NCBI RefSeq assembly: GCF_037042905.1
Contig: NC_087262.1
Span: forward strand, 2,604,001-2,668,000
Source: Lytechinus pictus
Taxonomy: Eukaryota
Length of the DNA stretch: 64,000 nt
Direction of reading: 5' to 3'
Position 1 is the first letter of the stretch. Each line of letters starts with the position of its first letter. Below, in pieces: positions 60,401 to 64,000 of the stretch. The translations under genes were made by a program, and so were the position numbers. The notes below the pieces were generated by a model. It ran no database searches, was not told the DNA's origin, and saw only the letters and a program-made list of their open reading frames with translations.

Positions 60401-62608
60401 CTTCTCCTTTGAATGATGAGATGTGCCCATTTCTTGACCGGTTGTAGAAGGGGGTTGCTGCGCTTGGCTGGACACACATCACGCCGTGGCAGAACGCAAT
60501 CAAGCCTGCGTGCCTTCACGTGGAAAGGACGTACGTGCCACACATAGATGGAATGGGACTATTGGAATGATGGGGAATGGGAAGGAAGGACTGAGATGCG
60601 TAATTATTTCATCAAAGGTTTAGTTCTTCCATGAACATCAGAAAAAATATCATAAACTGGGCTTTGGAGACATAGTTAATTACAAAAGGGAAGGTGGAAT
60701 GCTTTAAAAAATGACTCCTGGTTCCCGTAACACAAAGGTTAGCGATTAATCGTACGCTTGATTTTCATGATGAACTGTATATTGTAGTTAATGAAATCAT
60801 TGTAGTCAACCCCAGACCAGAATATTTAATTAGGATACATAATGAATCAATAAATACAAAGATAAAAAAGGAGTAATTGTTGTCAGAGCATTTGTTGCAA
60901 ATGAAAAAGTTAGTCTTACCAAGGCATGTTGTAGACCTCTAATGGATGTGATCCAAGCGAGCTTGGTGACAGAGGATGGTAGGGTGAAATATCAGAGTGG
61001 CTCCGTCTTAAGATACCTGGAGAGAGGTAAGATGGTGAAGAGAAAGAGGGGAAGGGGAGAAGAAGNNNNNNNNNNNNNNNNNNNNNNNNNNNNNNNNNNN
61101 NNNNNNNNNNNNNNNNNNNNNNNNNNNNNNNNNNNNNNNNNNNNNNNNNNNNNNNNNNNNNNNNNNNNNNNNNNNNNNNNNNNNNNNNNNNNNNNNNNNN
61201 NNNNCAAGAAAAATAAAACGGTCATAAGGAGGAATAGACGGGGAGGAGGGGGGGCAAAGAGGGACAAGAAGAGGAAAGTGAGGGGAAATGAAGCAGAGAG
61301 AAAATTAAATAGAGAGGAAATAACATGGAAAAAGGAAAAGGCAAGGAAGAGGAGAAACAGATAGAGCCGAGAGGGAAGACAGAGTGGAGTGAACAGGTGG
61401 TAAAAACAGACGGGAGTAGAGGCCGAACAAAAAATTAAAACTTGATTAGAAAAATAGTACAAAATTAAAAAATACAATGATCAGAGCTGATGCGAGACAA
61501 TGAGCGATGACCCTCTTCGGTGAGATAATAATCCATAACCTCCTGGATCTTGGCTGGGAATTTGCATGTTTTGAATTGGTTATTATGCCCTGATGTGAGG
61601 CATCTGACAACAGGGCACATCCCATGTAACTGTGTGTTTTGAACTTGAATTTATGAACCTGAAGGGCTAAAACTCTGTGATGAATGTGGGTTCATCATCC
61701 TAAACAAATCTTCAGAAGCCTTTAGTTTGTGGAGATACCCAAAAACAGACCTGCCAACCTCTGGGAATGAAAAACTGTATTCTGTGATTACAAAAACTGT
61801 ATTTTTCCCAAAAAAAGTGTATTTCATAATAAAATGCTTGGCGCACTTGCTCATCGCGGCGCTCAAGCTGCATGCAAGCTAAAATGCGCACTGCTCTTGC
61901 AGATGAAAAAAAAAAACATTAAAACATGTGTATATCTTCACCCTGGTTTGAACAAAATGATTGAAAAAAAAAACAAGCAACCTGAAATTACATTGATCTA
62001 ATAACCATATTTGTGCACGTTTTATGAAATAGAGACATATAGAGATTATTTTTCTCAATAAATTACGATTTAGTTTTTTTTTTTTTTTACAAAAAACGTA
62101 TTTTTCAAAGAAAAAACGTACTGCCGTATTTTGGTTGCAAAAACGTACTAAATACGGCTAAAACGTACTGGTTGGCAGGTCTGCAAAAGCCCCTGTGGTT
62201 TTATTCCTCTTGCCAAGGGTAGAATACATTTTTTTTTTTAATTAGAGACTATTTTTTATTCACATTGGGGTAATTGCTGAACGTAGGGAGCTATTTCTTT
62301 CATTTCAAAGGCTACTTTACAACAAACAATTTCTACAAAATCTTGAATATTGTTTGTGGCAAATCTTAAGGTGATCCAAAAGCATACAATTTGAAGAATT
62401 TTAGGGGCGACTCTGGCCGAGATGAGGGCGGAATCACCCGATGTCCTTGTGTATTTCCTAGACCACTCTTACCTGTTTTTGAGTCGACCTCTAACCCTCT
62501 GACATGAGGTGGGGGTGTTCCTGATGAGTATTGTTCCTGGTACATCATCAGCTGGGCCAGGGAGGGTGGATAGGCCCCTGCCGGATGTAGCACCGGCATC
62601 TTCTGGCC
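47127..62608 (-). CDS. TCF7L2: Tcf/Lef (pangolin/TCF7L2-like) HMG-box Wnt effector, 5'-partial (beta-catenin-binding exons lie beyond 64000), 7 coding exons in window
   Basis: Exons 62608-62473, 61016-60920, 56176-55970, 51538-51364, 50197-50032, 48894-48819 and 48099-47127 splice in phase (1830 nt). HMG box [18 protein letters not shown]...WSARDNY, basic tail [10 protein letters not shown]-clamp [25 protein letters not shown]. Confidence 0.96.
48627..48781. mobile_element. Palindromic 155-bp Harbinger-type MITE
   Basis: GGGCCCGTTTCATAAAGAG ... CTCTTTATGAAACGGGCCC; CAG TSD. Confidence 0.87.
48819..48894 (-). CDS. TCF7L2: Tcf C-clamp (CRARF) exon (absent from ORF track)
   Basis: tttcag|[27 protein letters not shown]|gtgagt, 76 nt. 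Confidence 0.95.
50032..50197 (-). CDS. TCF7L2: Tcf HMG box exon 2 and basic tail
   Basis: [55 protein letters not shown]. Confidence 0.97.
50770..51033 (-). mobile_element. tRNA-derived SINE, family B
   Basis: Minus strand ACCGGTGTGTTGGCTCAGTTGGTAG...GAGTTCAAACCCC, then gatgggagttgctgctaccctg body as at 16360. Confidence 0.85.
51037..51340 (+). mobile_element. tRNA-derived SINE, family A-related
   Basis: A/B boxes, core cattgtgctgcactcaacccaggtgagg, 3' gcgctttgagca...gcgctatacaaat and (ATT)n tail. Confidence 0.8.
51364..51538 (-). CDS. TCF7L2: Tcf HMG box exon 1
   Basis: [58 protein letters not shown]. Confidence 0.97.
54277..54425. repeat. Fold-back palindrome (probably MITE-derived)
   Basis: TGCAGGAATGCCCTTAGCAC / GTGCTAAGAGCATTCCTGCA outer arms; CAGAAACGCCCTTA / TAAGGGCGTTTCTG inner arms. 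Confidence 0.8.
54958..55229. mobile_element. Harbinger-type hairpin MITE (same family as 13077, opposite orientation)
   Basis: ggccccgtcttacatagagttacgattgatcc ... gatcaatcgcaactctttgtaagatgggcc. Confidence 0.82.
55970..56176 (-). CDS. TCF7L2: Tcf exon
   Basis: (W)[30 protein letters not shown]...; matches TCF GQPVYPIT..FRHPYP. Confidence 0.92.
56270..56468 (-). mobile_element. tRNA-derived SINE, family C
   Basis: Minus strand GGGCGATAGCTCAGTCGGTAGAGCG...GGTTCGATTCCC followed by a non-tRNA body. Confidence 0.75.
57300..57920. repeat. Polypurine/polypyrimidine tract including (GAAA)n
   Basis: Plus strand almost entirely A/G. Confidence 0.85.
59824..59994. mobile_element. Palindromic MITE
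   Basis: GTGGGTGTTTCATAAAGCTGTTCGTAAGTTAA arms of about 60 bp; decayed relatives at about 13346-14106 and 23860-24050. Confidence 0.85.
59998..60082. repeat. (GGGA)n microsatellite, about 20 units
   Basis: Directly visible. Confidence 0.95.
60920..61016 (-). CDS. TCF7L2: Tcf exon (not shown in frame in ORF track)
   Basis: ctccag|[34 protein letters not shown]|gtaaga; matches the TCF DISPYYPLSP...HPL..W motif; phases 1 and 2 fit. Confidence 0.92.
61066..61204. other. Assembly gap (139 N)
   Basis: Run of N within a purine-rich tract. Confidence 0.99.
61746..62183. mobile_element. MITE with CAGACCTGCCAACC TIR
   Basis: cagacctgccaacc / ggttggcaggtctg; aaaactgta and aaaacgta subterminal repeats. 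Confidence 0.75.
62473..62608 (-). CDS. TCF7L2: Tcf context-dependent regulatory region exon
   Basis: ttgcag|[46 protein letters not shown]|gtaaga; aligns to TCF7L2 NKVPVV...PGNPPPHL..DVDPKTG. Confidence 0.93.
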
Positions 62609-64000
62609 CTGCAAGGAGGAAGAGAAAAAAGAGAAATAAAAGATTAATGGAGGGTCCTGAATTTATGACAAACGTGAAATAGGCTATGTGCTTTATATGA
62701 GACATAAAGCAACCACCTTCAGATGACAATGAGAAGAGTGTCTTTTGACAGACAGACATCCACTTATTTATTCTTTGTTTAAGTTTTGAAACTTATAGTG
62801 GATTTCTAATTTGCTCTAAAGTGCCTTGAGCATCTAATCAAGGTGGAAAGTGCACTTCATAATATCTTCACTACAGTAACATATCACAGTGGAGTCGGTG
62901 CACAGCTCAAAAATTGTAATATTAGTCAAAGCAACTGAACAATGGACTCTGACTATTATAGAAGACTCGTTCAAGAAACAACCATAATAAGAAGCCCAAC
63001 TTTGTTTTGACACAGCTCCATACGAGAATCTTGCAGGAGCTGAGTTTGATCGCTGCTGCTTTTGCTACAGAAGAAGAGGGGGCAGGGGCGGGATGGCTTT
63101 ATGCAATAGGCCAGTATTTCACTCTGTTGATATTTGACCAAGAATGGCCAAGAAACACCAAGTATCTTCAAGATATTACATGATTACCATATCAGTGATA
63201 GGCATCACACAAAGCATCAGGTTACTCGACGGTGGACCTTCCATCATGGTGTCACCAATTCCAGAAGAACTTCAAAGACAGTATTTCCCTCTGGACACAA
63301 CTCTAGAGTCTATGTCATCACATTCACTAGCTTTGTAAAGACCTAATGTCTTGCAGAGAAGTACTGGTTCTCTCACACCAATGACTCAAATAGTTATACT
63401 TTCAATATTCAGCTTTAATGATTCCAACGGATTAAAGAACTTCAAGAACACTTGCGGATATCTGAAGAAAAACTGTTGTAAATTCCCTTGTAAATTTTAC
63501 CCATACTCTTTTGAAAGAACCTCTATTTCCAGGTAAGCATAGCAATAACTTCAATATTGACAAAGCTCGATTGGTCAAGAATCATTCACATGAGTATATC
63601 CTGTGCTGGAACAAGCCTTGTACACCCAATGGTGGCAGCAGTGGGATCAGTATCACCTTTTACTAAAACCTTCCACCCAGTACTATGGTTCCATTGAACC
63701 ATTGCAGGACAGATCTTCAAAGAGCATCTTCATTACACCCGTCAAGACGGACAACTGCACAAATTTCAAACCTTCAACAAAAATTCTACCAAAATTCACC
63801 AATCTACATAAAAATCCCTGTAAATTGATATATATAAAAAATAGAGTATTGATTGTCAAGGTTTCTCAAATTCATTATGGAAAGGAGGGGGGGGGGCTTA
63901 ACGTTCTGAAATCTTGATGTGGTTTTATAAATCTACAGTTCATTACAATCCACAGAGATTAAAGAAGAAAATGGAAAGGTTTGTAACTGTCTATATTGAG

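Noticed and set aside
63071-63532. Plus-strand exon-like segment (ttttgctacag ... cag|gtaagc) antisense to a Tcf intron
   Set aside because: All three frames close early and there is no partner exon or transcript evidence; cannot be supported beyond chance splice-like motifs.

Overview
Eukaryotic, intron-rich, AT-rich animal genomic DNA, most likely a sea urchin or other invertebrate deuterostome (inferred from the protein sequences and repeat types). It is not prokaryotic, and I found no CRISPR array, rRNA or true tRNA. Two genes converge tail-to-tail, and both start outside the window. (1) On the + strand lies the 3' part of a Mask/ANKHD1/ANKRD17 gene: 19 phase-consistent GT-AG exons, 1138-28009, about 1,917 aa, covering the linker, second ankyrin cluster, basic NLS, KH domain and low-complexity tail. 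(2) On the - strand lies the 3' part of Tcf/Lef: 7 exons, 62608-47127, 609 aa, covering the context-dependent region, HMG box, basic tail, CRARF C-clamp and a long tail ending in a PQDLS CtBP-type motif. Introns and the roughly 7 kb intergenic gap are filled with nested non-autonomous DNA transposons, tRNA-derived SINEs, HINE/DINE-1-like elements and a 5'-truncated CR1/L2-group LINE. The most notable unexplained signals are: a synonymously diverged, stop-containing duplicate of the acceptor and start of the Tcf HMG exon; several in-phase cryptic acceptors and a G-U-compatible hairpin in one Tcf intron; a twin stem-loop in the Mask 3' region; an 18-bp E-box minisatellite downstream of Tcf; and the Mask-Tcf (Hippo/Wnt) linkage itself.
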